In this document: piece after piece, positions 41,002 through 50,039 of the stretch
How positions within the stretch are numbered: position 1 is the first letter of the stretch
Layout of the letters: every line of letters starts with the position of its first letter
DNA from: Firmicutes bacterium CAG:449
Lineage (GTDB): Bacteria > Bacillota_I > Bacilli_A > RFN20 > CAG-449
Direction of reading: 5' to 3'
NCBI GenBank assembly: GCA_000432895.1
Contig: FR889447.1
Coordinates: 20,182 to 84,181, forward strand
Length of the DNA: 64,000 nt
The notes under the pieces: generated by a model
What the model was told of the DNA's origin: nothing
What the model saw: only the letters and a program-made list of their open reading frames with translations
Database searches by the model: none
Position numbers and translations under genes: made by a program

Positions 41002-41793
41002 ATGAAATGTATTGAAGAAGTAACAGAAATTTTAGATTTATTATATAAACATGGTTATGATGAAAGAAATGGAGGGAATTTATCTTATATTTTAAATGAA
41101 GATGAAATTTTACCAATTATTCATAACGATGTTATAAGAGAGTTTAAATATGAAGATATTGATTTATCTTTATTAATTGGTAAATATTTTATTATTACAG
41201 GAACTGGTAAATATTTTAAAAACTGTTTAAAGGATCCAGAAACTAATCTTGGTATTATGAAAGTAAAAGATAAACATACTTTATCATTAATTTGGGGATA
41301 TAAAGATGGAGGTAGACCAACTTCAGAAGCACCTACTCATTTACAATGTCATATTGAAAGATTACGTCTTGACTCATCACATCGACTTGTAATTCATTGT
41401 CATCCTTTAAATATTATTTGTATGACTCATATCTTACCATTATCTTCAAATAAATTTACAGAAATCTTATGGAAAATGCAAACAGAAAGTATTGTTGTTT
41501 TCCCAGAAGGTGTAGCAGTTTTACCTTGGATTTTATGTGGAGGCACTGAAATTGGTATACAAACATCAAAATTAATGAAAGAATATCGTTCTGTTATTTG
41601 GGCTCAACATGGTATTTTCTGTACAGGTAGAACTCTTGATGAAGTTTTTGGTTTAATTGAAACTATTGAAAAAGCGGCTGAGATTTATATGAAGATTTGT
41701 GATAAAAAAATTGTTCAATCAATTTCAAATGAAAACCTTAAAGAAATCGCAGTAGCGTTTAAAATAGATTATAGAAAAGGTATTATTGATTAA
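41002..41793 (+). CDS. rhaD: Rhamnulose-1-phosphate aldolase (class II)
   Basis: DERNGGNLSY, IITGTGKYFKN, ETNLGIMKV, VIHCHP collinear with E. coli RhaD. Confidence 0.9.
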   Translation: MKCIEEVTEILDLLYKHGYDERNGGNLSYILNEDEILPIIHNDVIREFKYEDIDLSLLIGKYFIITGTGKYFKNCLKDPETNLGIMKVKDKHTLSLIWGYKDGGRPTSEAPTHLQCHIERLRLDSSHRLVIHCHPLNIICMTHILPLSSNKFTEILWKMQTESIVVFPEGVAVLPWILCGGTEIGIQTSKLMKEYRSVIWAQHGIFCTGRTLDEVFGLIETIEKAAEIYMKICDKKIVQSISNENLKEIAVAFKIDYRKGIID

Positions 41794-41797
41794 TTTA

Positions 41798-41832
41798 AAG
41801 ATCATCTTATGCAAAAGTAAGATGATTTTTCT
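41798..41832 (+). terminator. Intrinsic terminator of the rha operon
   Basis: ATCATCTTA-tgcaaaag-TAAGATGAT followed by TTTTT. Confidence 0.75.
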
Positions 41833-41889
41833 TTATATTGTTTAAAAAATAACTAATTTCCATTAGAATAATAACGAGGTGTTTTTATA

Positions 41890-43386
41890 ATGGAAGAAAA
41901 ATTAACTGATCAAGAAATTGCAAGAAGACAAAAAATAGAAAAATTAAAAGAATTAGGTCTTGATCCATTTGGACAAGCTTATGATCGCACAGATTGGTCA
42001 AAAGATATAAGAGAATTAGTAAGTGGCAAAACTCATGAAGAAGTTGAACAAATGAATTTGCATGTTTCTATTGCTGGTAGAATTATGTTTATTCGTAAAA
42101 TGGGTAAAGCAAGCTTTTTTACGATTCAAGATGTAAAAGGTAAACAACAAGTTTATATTTCAATTAATGATGTTGGTGAACAAACATATGCTTTATTTAA
42201 AATGGCTGATGTTGGAGATATTGTAGGGGTTAAAGGAAAAGTTATGTTAACTCAAACTGGTGAACCAACAGTAAAATGCTTAGAGTATACTCATTTGACT
42301 AAATCTTTAAGACCTTTACCAGAAAAATTCCATGGTTTAACTGATAAAGAAGAAAGATATAGAAGAAGATATGTTGATTTAATCATGAATGAAGAAGCAA
42401 AGAAAGTTGCTATTGCTCGTCCAAAAATTATTAGAGCAATTCAAGAATATTGTGATTCATTAGGTTTTATGGAAGTGGAAACACCAGTACTTTCACCTAT
42501 TCAAGGTGGCGCTACTGCTAGACCATTTGTTACGCATCATAATGCTTTAGATAGAGATTTTTATTTAAGAATAGCTACTGAATTACCTTTAAAAAGATTA
42601 ATTGTCGGTGGTTTAGAAAAAGTTTATGAAATTGGACGCTTATTTAGAAACGAAGGAATGGATGCAACACATAATCCAGAATTTACAACAATTGAATTAT
42701 ATGAAGCATATGGAGACTTATCTTCAATGATGAAAATAACTGAAGGTATTATTCGTCATGCTGCAAAGAAGGTTGCTAATAAAACTGAATTTATTAATAT
42801 CTTTAATCCAGAAGGAGAAAAAATTGATATTGCTCAACCTTTTAAAGTAGTAACAATGTGCGATATGATTTATCAAGAAACAGGTATTGATTTTAAAAAC
42901 AATCATTATACTCTTTCAGAAGCAACTGAACTTGCAAAAAAACATAATATTAAAGTAGAAAAACATTTTACAGTTGGACATATTATTGATGCATTCTTTG
43001 AAACATTCTGTGAAGAAAAATTAATTCAACCAACATTCTTGTGTGGACATCCAGTAGAAATTTCACCTTTAACAAAAATTGATCCATCAGATCCAAGATT
43101 TGTACAAAGATTTGAACTTTATATTGGTGGACATGAATTTGCTAATGCTTACACTGAATTAAATGATCCAATCGATCAAAAGAATAGATTCTTAGAACAA
43201 CTTGCCGAAAAAGATGCTGGTAATGATGAAGCTAATGATATGGATGTTGACTTTGTTGAAGCTCTTGAATATGGTATGCCTCCATGTGGAGGAGTAGGAA
43301 TGGGTATTGATAGACTTGTAATGTTTTTAACCGAACAAACATCAATTAGAGAAGTCTTATTATTCCCACATATGAAAGATAGATAA
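41890..43386 (+). CDS. lysS: Lysyl-tRNA synthetase, class II
   Basis: 498 aa. N-terminal OB fold. Class II motifs (FRNEG, GGHEFANAYTELNDP, GMGIDRLVM). Confidence 0.95.
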   Translation: MEEKLTDQEIARRQKIEKLKELGLDPFGQAYDRTDWSKDIRELVSGKTHEEVEQMNLHVSIAGRIMFIRKMGKASFFTIQDVKGKQQVYISINDVGEQTYALFKMADVGDIVGVKGKVMLTQTGEPTVKCLEYTHLTKSLRPLPEKFHGLTDKEERYRRRYVDLIMNEEAKKVAIARPKIIRAIQEYCDSLGFMEVETPVLSPIQGGATARPFVTHHNALDRDFYLRIATELPLKRLIVGGLEKVYEIGRLFRNEGMDATHNPEFTTIELYEAYGDLSSMMKITEGIIRHAAKKVANKTEFINIFNPEGEKIDIAQPFKVVTMCDMIYQETGIDFKNNHYTLSEATELAKKHNIKVEKHFTVGHIIDAFFETFCEEKLIQPTFLCGHPVEISPLTKIDPSDPRFVQRFELYIGGHEFANAYTELNDPIDQKNRFLEQLAEKDAGNDEANDMDVDFVEALEYGMPPCGGVGMGIDRLVMFLTEQTSIREVLLFPHMKDR

Positions 43387-43458
43387 TATATAATAAATTT
43401 TTCTATCACTATATATAAAATATTAATAATTTAAAATATATAAAAAATCATATACAAT

Positions 43459-43488
43459 AAATCGCCTGAATTTAGGCGATTTTTTCTT
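43459..43488 (+). terminator. Intrinsic terminator of lysS
   Basis: AATCGCCT-gaattt-AGGCGATT followed by TTTTT. Confidence 0.8.
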
Positions 43489-43562
43489 TTCTTTATATAA
43501 TAAAAATGTTGAAATGTTAATTTTGAATTTATAAATATTTGTGCTATGAATAATAAGAAAGA

Positions 43563-43970
43563 CTATTATGAAAAATAAATATTTAACACCAAATTTTTTA
43601 ATTGAAACACTAGAATTAAATGAGGTAATTTTAACTTCTGGTTTTGTGTCAAAAGATGATAATAAATTAGGAGAAGATATAAATATCAAAATGAACTAAT
43701 TATTTTATCTGAGTTTGGTGGATATGGATTAAATATTGATGATTCAAAAAATGCTTGGTGTTATGGAAAAGCTAGTAACAATGTTGATGATTATATTTTA
43801 AAATTAACTAATATGTATCATTCTATTAAAAAATTAGATTTCATAAGAGGAATTTGTTATACTCAATTTAATGATATATTTCCAGAATTAAATGGAATTG
43901 TCTCAATTGATAGAAAGGAAAAAATAGACATTAAAATTTTAAAGAAACTTAATGATTTATTATAGGTGAT
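43563..43970 (+). pseudogene. Remnant (C-terminal about 120 codons, frameshifted) of a GH2-type beta-glucuronidase/beta-galactosidase gene
   Basis: Two short frames, ...YKYQNELIILSEFGGYGLNIDDSKNAW and ...ICYTQFNDIFPELNGIVSIDRKEK, align with the end of the GH2 TIM barrel (IIITEYG ... WNFADF...GIFTRDRKPK of GUS). No N-terminal part exists between the lysS terminator and this fragment. Confidence 0.45.
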
Positions 43971-43972
43971 TT

Positions 43973-46705
43973 ATGATTAAAAATTTATATAAAGAAGCAA
44001 CTTCATCCAAAGGAACCTTACCTTTTTCAAATTATTTTGATGTAAAAAATGGTTTTAAAAAGAATTTAAAAAAATGGAAATATGATTATCAAGAAAGCTT
44101 TAATTTTGATGAAGCAATTAAAGTTAACCCTCTTAAAGAAATTACTATTCCTTATATGGGCGAAATGCATGGGTATAATCGACCTGTATATTCAAATGAT
44201 CGATATCTTTTTCCATATTATCCACCTTATATTTTAAAACAAACTAGTGCGCAAATTTATGTTCATGATGAAGAGATTGTTCTTGATGAAAATGAATTTA
44301 TTTTACAAATTGAAGGTGTCGATAATGCATATTATTTATTTGTTAATAAAGAGTATGTTGGTTTTAGTAATATTTCACATTGTGTACAAAAATTTGATAT
44401 TAAAAAACATTTACAAAATGGACATAATGAAATTAGACTTGTAGTTTTAAAATTTACTCCATCATCTTATTTAGAAGATCAAGATAAAATAAGATTATCT
44501 GGAATTTTTAGAAATATATATTTAATTAAAAGAAAGAAAGATTACTTAGAAAATTTCAAAGTTGAAACTGATGTTGTTAATGATGAAGGTGTTGTTCATC
44601 TTACTGCTTCTAAAGAAGTTGAAGCAACATTTAATAAAAAAACTCAATTTGGAAAAGATATTACTTTTAAAATAAAAAATCCTAAATTATGGAATGCTGA
44701 AGAACCATATTTATATAATTTAATAATTAAGTGTAATGATGAAACAATTGTTCAAAAAGTTGGTATTAGAAAAATTGAAATCAAAGATAATTTATTTTTA
44801 ATTAATGGTAAAGTAGTTAAAATGCGTGGTGTTAATAGACATTCATTTTCTAAACTTGGATATGGAGAAAGTCATGCTTTAATGGAAAAAGATATTAAAT
44901 TAATGAAAAAGTTTAATATTAATGCAATTAGAACTTCTCATTATCCTGCGGATCCTTATTTATATGATTTATGTGATAAATATGGAATGTATGTTATTTC
45001 AGAGGCTGATTTAGAAACACATGGTACTGTTAGACAAGAAAATAAATATGAAATGGATAAATGGGATGAAGTTATTTCTAGTGAAAATTTCTATGATCAA
45101 ATTTTAGAAAGAGAATTATCTAATGTCATAATTAATCAAAATCATCCTTCAGTAGTGATATTTTCTTTAGGTAACGAATCAGGATTTTCTAATGTAATTA
45201 GTAAAATCGGCCATGAAATTAAAAAAATTGATAATAGACCTCTTCATTATGAAGGAGCTTTTAGAAATATTGATGGACATGGATTTTTTAATGAGCATGT
45301 TTTAGATATGTATTCTAGAATGTATCCACCAATTGAATATTGTAAAAATGAACCTGTTAAAATGGATAAACCATTTATTTTATGTGAATTTGCTCATGCT
45401 ATGGGAAATTCATTAGGAGAATTTAATGATTATATGTCTAGTTTTTGGGCTAATGATTGTTTCTTTGGAGCGTTTGTTTGGGAATGGATAAATCATGTAA
45501 TTATTCAAAACAAAAAAGAATGTTATGGTGGTGATTTCTTAGAAAGTATGCATGATGGTGAATTTTGTGTTGATGGTCTAGTTGATATTGATAGAAAAAT
45601 TAATCCAAGTATGTATGAATTAAGAGAGTGTTATTCACCAGTGAATTATTATCAAGAAAATAATAATATTTATGTTGAAAATAGGTATGATTTTATTTCA
45701 TTAAAAAATCACATTTTTAAAATTGAATTCTTAAAAGATGGAGTAATCTATAAAGAAGAATATGTTAATGTAGATGTTGTAGCTAAGCAAAAAGGCTTAT
45801 TATATGTTTTACCTCTACAAGAAGATTATCATTATGTATCGTGTAATATTTCTTGTATTTATCATGATGAATTAATTAGTAAAAAGAGTATTGTTTTAAA
45901 ACCTCTAAAGAGTTTAGTTTATCAATTAGATGATAATCAAAAACTAACATTTATTTTAAAAGAAAATGGCTTAATTGAACAAATTTTAATTAATGACAAA
46001 AAAATAATATCTAACATGAACTTTTTAATTAATAGAGTTTATATCTCTAATGATCGTAATATAAAAAATAATTTAGAATCATTGAGATTGAATTATACAT
46101 ATTTCTTTGCTACAAATATAGTAAAAGAAAATAATGAAGTCAAAGTAGAAGGATTTTTATCTGTTGATGCTTTAAAACCATTATTTAAAATAAATATTAC
46201 ATATTCAATCTTAAATAGCGAATTAAAAATGCTTATTAATGCAGAAAAAATTTGGGATTTTGCTAAAATATTACGCTTTGGTTTAAAACTTGAATTAAAT
46301 GATAATTATCAAGGAATTGAATATTTAGGTTTAGATGGTGAATCATATATTGATCGTCATCAAGGCAATGTTTTTGGAAAATATTTATTAAATGTGGAAA
46401 ATAATCATCGTTATATTGTTCCTCAAAACAGTAATGATCACTTCAATACAGTATATTTAAAATTGCTTCAAGATAATTTACTCATTCATAGCGATAATAA
46501 TTTTTCATTTTGTTATGATTGCTTTGATATTTTTGATTATAAAAAACATCGTGTAGATATGCCTTTAACAAGTAAACGATATTTATTTATTGATTATAAA
46601 ATGTCTGGCGTAGGAACTGCTTCATGTGGACCAGTTATTCAAGATAAATATTCAATTTTAGAAAAAAATATTAGGTTTAATCTATTTTTTAAAATAGTAA
46701 AATAA
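43973..46705 (+). CDS. lacZ: Beta-galactosidase, glycoside hydrolase family 2 (LacZ-like)
   Basis: 910 aa. SYLEDQDKIRLSGIFR, NAIRTSHYP, acid/base region GNESG and nucleophile region CEFAHAMGNS match LacZ catalytic motifs. No signal peptide. Confidence 0.85.
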   Translation: MIKNLYKEATSSKGTLPFSNYFDVKNGFKKNLKKWKYDYQESFNFDEAIKVNPLKEITIPYMGEMHGYNRPVYSNDRYLFPYYPPYILKQTSAQIYVHDEEIVLDENEFILQIEGVDNAYYLFVNKEYVGFSNISHCVQKFDIKKHLQNGHNEIRLVVLKFTPSSYLEDQDKIRLSGIFRNIYLIKRKKDYLENFKVETDVVNDEGVVHLTASKEVEATFNKKTQFGKDITFKIKNPKLWNAEEPYLYNLIIKCNDETIVQKVGIRKIEIKDNLFLINGKVVKMRGVNRHSFSKLGYGESHALMEKDIKLMKKFNINAIRTSHYPADPYLYDLCDKYGMYVISEADLETHGTVRQENKYEMDKWDEVISSENFYDQILERELSNVIINQNHPSVVIFSLGNESGFSNVISKIGHEIKKIDNRPLHYEGAFRNIDGHGFFNEHVLDMYSRMYPPIEYCKNEPVKMDKPFILCEFAHAMGNSLGEFNDYMSSFWANDCFFGAFVWEWINHVIIQNKKECYGGDFLESMHDGEFCVDGLVDIDRKINPSMYELRECYSPVNYYQENNNIYVENRYDFISLKNHIFKIEFLKDGVIYKEEYVNVDVVAKQKGLLYVLPLQEDYHYVSCNISCIYHDELISKKSIVLKPLKSLVYQLDDNQKLTFILKENGLIEQILINDKKIISNMNFLINRVYISNDRNIKNNLESLRLNYTYFFATNIVKENNEVKVEGFLSVDALKPLFKINITYSILNSELKMLINAEKIWDFAKILRFGLKLELNDNYQGIEYLGLDGESYIDRHQGNVFGKYLLNVENNHRYIVPQNSNDHFNTVYLKLLQDNLLIHSDNNFSFCYDCFDIFDYKKHRVDMPLTSKRYLFIDYKMSGVGTASCGPVIQDKYSILEKNIRFNLFFKIVK

Positions 46706-46757
46706 ATGAAAGAAAAATATGGAAATTTATTATTCTAAAAATAAAAATTTTTAACTT

Positions 46758-46810
46758 AAAAAGGACTGTTGAAAACCAAAAAAAGTAGGTTTGTTAACAG
46801 CCTTTTTTAA
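46758..46810 (+). terminator. Probable terminator after lacZ
   Basis: Imperfect long inverted repeat AAGGACTGTTGAAAACC / GGTTTGTTAACAGCCTT followed by TTTTTT. Confidence 0.55.
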
Positions 46811-46818
46811 TTTTATCA

Positions 46819-47397
46819 TTGTTTTTTATATATCAAAAGAAATTTTTTTTGTTTGAAAATAAAACTAAAACAAATAAATATTTTTATTTTATACCTTTTT
46901 TTATTTGCTGTTTTTCTAATTTGTTGTTGCTTTTTTTTACAAAAGATAGCATTGAAATTAAAAATATAGAATTTTTAATTAATGATGTATTTTTAGATAT
47001 ATTTGTTGCAAGTAGTGAAGAAATATTATTTACATACGCTTTAATTATGTATTTAGAAACTAAAAATTTATCTTTTTTTAAAATAATTATTTTTTCTGCA
47101 TTGATTTTTGCGTTAGCTCATTTGCTAAATATTACTTTAGATAATATTTTTAATACTTTGTTACAGTGCTTATATTGTTTTGGTATAGGATTAATAACTT
47201 CGTTTATGTTTGTTTCTACTAGAAACATTATATTAAGTATTTTATTTCATTTTTTGTTTAATTTTTTTAATCGATCATTATTTGAAAAATTTATAATTCA
47301 TATTCCAATGCCCATATTTATTTTGGTTAATTGTAGTATTGCTTTATTAACTTTTATTTATTGGTTAATAATATATAAAAAAAGAACCATTTTATAA
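46819..47397 (+). CDS. CPBP-family (CAAX protease / Abi-like) intramembrane protein with degenerate motif 1
   Basis: Motif 1 is SEEILFT, i.e. EExxxT rather than EExxxR. Motif 2 FALAHL and motif 3 HFLFNFF are present. About 6 TM. Confidence 0.5.
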   Translation: MFFIYQKKFFLFENKTKTNKYFYFIPFFICCFSNLLLLFFTKDSIEIKNIEFLINDVFLDIFVASSEEILFTYALIMYLETKNLSFFKIIIFSALIFALAHLLNITLDNIFNTLLQCLYCFGIGLITSFMFVSTRNIILSILFHFLFNFFNRSLFEKFIIHIPMPIFILVNCSIALLTFIYWLIIYKKRTIL

Positions 47398-47415
47398 CTA
47401 ATGTGGTTCTTTTAT
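47376..47415. terminator. Bidirectional terminator between the convergent CPBP and hydrogenase genes
   Basis: A-run, AGAACCA, 14-nt loop containing the CPBP stop codon, TGGTTCT, then TTTT. Confidence 0.55.
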
Positions 47416-47418
47416 ATC

Positions 47419-48849
47419 TTATTTTAAATTTAAAATACTAATAGCTTCAGAAATTGTTTTTTCTTTAGCTTCTTTACCATATTTATCAACTTCAGTTTTA
47501 TCTTTAAATTCGTGAGTTAAGCAACATGGTCCTCCAATACAACCATTTACACAACCCATACCTTCAATAAAGTTGAAATCTCTACTAGGTGACATAGCTT
47601 TAATTAAGCCTAACTTACAATTATCAAGTCCATCACAAACTAATGGTTTAACTTCAAATGAACTATTTTGTTCTTTTAAAGCTTGTTTAACTGCATCAGC
47701 AAGGCCACCAGTTCTAGCAAAGATTCTTCCATAATAAGAAGCATTATCTAAAACACTTTCTTCTAAAGTAGAAGCATCAATATCTTGACTATCAATTAAA
47801 GCTTGTAATTCTTCAAAAGTTAAAACATAATCAACATAAGGTTTAACTCTTTCATCTTTAATTTCTTGCTTTTTAGAAATACATGGTCCTACGAAGATAA
47901 TTTTAGCTTCAGGAGTAATTTCTTTAATATGTTTAGCAATGGTTGCCATTGGTGAAAGATTATGAGAAATGTGTTCAGCAAGCTTTGGATAGCATTTTTT
48001 GATATATGAAACGAAAGTTGGACAGCATGAAGAAGTTAAGAATTGTTTCTCTTCTAATTCTTTTGCTTCAGTATAACTGACCATATCTGCACCTAAAGCA
48101 GCTTCGACAACAGAATGGAATCCTAATTTTTTTATAGCGGTAACAATTTGACCTAATGTAGCGTATTTAAATTGAGCAGAAATTGATGGGGCAACAACTG
48201 CATAAATTGGGAATTTTTTAGAGTAATCACTTTCTTTAATTAAGTTAATGACATCAACAATGCTTGATTTATCCATAATAGCACCAAATGGACATTGATA
48301 AACACATGCTCCACATTGTACACATTTGTTATCATCGATTTTTGCTGCATAATCTTCGCCCATAGAAATAGCTTTTACTTTACAAGCTTGTTCACATGGT
48401 CTTTGGAAATTTTGGATAGCATTATATTGACATGCCTTAGCACACATTCCACAATTGACACAAGATGTTTTTTCAATATGTGCCATTCTAGTTTTTGGAT
48501 CAAAAGTAATTGCATTTCTTCTACAAGCTTTTTCACAACGATGAGCAATGCATCCACGGCATCTATTAGTGACTTCATATCCACCTAATGGACATTCATC
48601 ACATGCAATATTAATAACTTCGACAACATTATTGATATCTTTGTTGCCACCAAGAGCAAGTTTAATTCTTTCGTTTACAATAGCTCTTTCTTTATAAATA
48701 CAGCATCTCATTGTTGGTTTTGGGCCTGGAACAACTGTTTTAGGAATATCATTATAATCTTCTAATAATGAACCTTTGAAGGCTGATTTTGCAACTTCTT
48801 TTAAAACCTTATATTTTAATTCTTGTACATTTGTATCAAATTTTAACAT
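47419..48849 (-). CDS. [FeFe]-hydrogenase-like protein with N-terminal 4Fe-4S ferredoxin domains (HfsD-like)
   Basis: CVNCGMCAKAC and CVQCGACVYQCP 4Fe-4S motifs. H-cluster-type motifs P1 TSSCCPTF, P2 GPCISKKQE and P3 EGMGCVNGCIGGPCC. Confidence 0.7.
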   Translation of the reverse strand: MLKFDTNVQELKYKVLKEVAKSAFKGSLLEDYNDIPKTVVPGPKPTMRCCIYKERAIVNERIKLALGGNKDINNVVEVINIACDECPLGGYEVTNRCRGCIAHRCEKACRRNAITFDPKTRMAHIEKTSCVNCGMCAKACQYNAIQNFQRPCEQACKVKAISMGEDYAAKIDDNKCVQCGACVYQCPFGAIMDKSSIVDVINLIKESDYSKKFPIYAVVAPSISAQFKYATLGQIVTAIKKLGFHSVVEAALGADMVSYTEAKELEEKQFLTSSCCPTFVSYIKKCYPKLAEHISHNLSPMATIAKHIKEITPEAKIIFVGPCISKKQEIKDERVKPYVDYVLTFEELQALIDSQDIDASTLEESVLDNASYYGRIFARTGGLADAVKQALKEQNSSFEVKPLVCDGLDNCKLGLIKAMSPSRDFNFIEGMGCVNGCIGGPCCLTHEFKDKTEVDKYGKEAKEKTISEAISILNLK

Positions 48850-48860
48850 CTTTCAAACCT

Positions 48861-50039
48861 CTAAAAATAACTTACTTTAATGTTTTTTCCCATTAGTTTC
48901 AACATTTTTGATAATTCATCAATTAATTGCATTTTTAATGAAAAACTTAGTTGAACATCACTATTTTGATGAGCGTTATTAATTGCACACCCTACAAAGA
49001 AATTAATGTCAGTAGCTTCTTCAAATAACATTTTTGAAATTAAAGAAGCGCCATCTTTTTTGTATTCCCATGTAAAATAATTTGTATTTTTACCATATAA
49101 TAAATTTTTAGCGTTTTCTAAAACTTTATTGATAGTAATAACACCTTCGGTAACTAAATCGACTCCTTCAATTCTAGCAATTGGCGGTATGTTTTTATCT
49201 GTATAATCAAGCGCTAATTCTAAATCTTTATTTAAATAATTAGCAGCAATATGTGAAGTTGTACCTCCACTTACAATATGCTTTCCAGCTTTAGCAAAAA
49301 ATAAAGAAAGCATTTTACTATCATCATCTTTATTAGAAGCTGGTCCAATTAATAGATTCACTTGAGACCTTTTTCTAATTCTAACAATTCCAGCGGTAAC
49401 ATCATCGCCTGGTTTATTATTGTATAATTGATTACAATAGTCAATCAAATTCGTTGCTAATGACATAGAAGATGATTCTTGATTATATATACATTCTAAA
49501 TATTCTTTAATTTGTGGAATATCCCAACCAAAATTTAATGTTTCACCCACGCCAGCATAAATAACTCCATCACTCATGACCACAAATGTATCATAAATGT
49601 CAGCAATCCATTTAGCGTGATAAATTTTTTTATTATCAATAGTGATTAAAGTATAATCTAAATTACATGCTTTTCCATTATGAATAACAAAAGGTGTAGG
49701 GTTATCATAGTTATAGATATCCACATATTTATTGTCTTTGATTTTTATAACAGTAAAAGTTGAATAAGCCAGTTTTCTTACTTTGCATATTGGTAAAGTT
49801 TCTGCAATTGAGTGTACACATTGCTTTAATGAAACGTTTTTGGCCATCATAGTTGAAAGCATTTTAGCGGTTAAAGTTGATAAAATATTAGCTTTAACTC
49901 CACTTCCTAATCCATCGGCAAGGACTAATATAGTGGTGTTTTCGTTTGGATAACAAACTTCAATATGATCACCACATAATTGTTCACCAACATGATTTAA
50001 AGAAAGATAACCAACTTCGGTGACATATCTACTTATCAT
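48861..50039 (-). CDS. PP2C-type (SpoIIE/RsbU family) serine phosphatase with C-terminal extra domain (HfsC-like)
   Basis: CGDHIEV...LADGLGSGVKAN...VMSDGV...DDVT PPM motifs, followed by an uncharacterised domain of about 160 aa. Confidence 0.75.
   Translation of the reverse strand: MISRYVTEVGYLSLNHVGEQLCGDHIEVCYPNENTTILVLADGLGSGVKANILSTLTAKMLSTMMAKNVSLKQCVHSIAETLPICKVRKLAYSTFTVIKIKDNKYVDIYNYDNPTPFVIHNGKACNLDYTLITIDNKKIYHAKWIADIYDTFVVMSDGVIYAGVGETLNFGWDIPQIKEYLECIYNQESSSMSLATNLIDYCNQLYNNKPGDDVTAGIVRIRKRSQVNLLIGPASNKDDDSKMLSLFFAKAGKHIVSGGTTSHIAANYLNKDLELALDYTDKNIPPIARIEGVDLVTEGVITINKVLENAKNLLYGKNTNYFTWEYKKDGASLISKMLFEEATDINFFVGCAINNAHQNSDVQLSFSLKMQLIDELSKMLKLMGKNIKVSYF

Noticed and set aside
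41794-41889. T-box or other riboswitch leader upstream of lysS
   Set aside because: The leader is only about 58 nt after the rha terminator, far too short for a T-box. No specifier or T-box sequence was seen.
43423-43689. 88-aa minus-strand ORF between lysS and lacZ
   Set aside because: Overlaps the lysS terminator hairpin and the GH2 remnant on the other strand. It is poly-I/F/K low complexity and has no start context.
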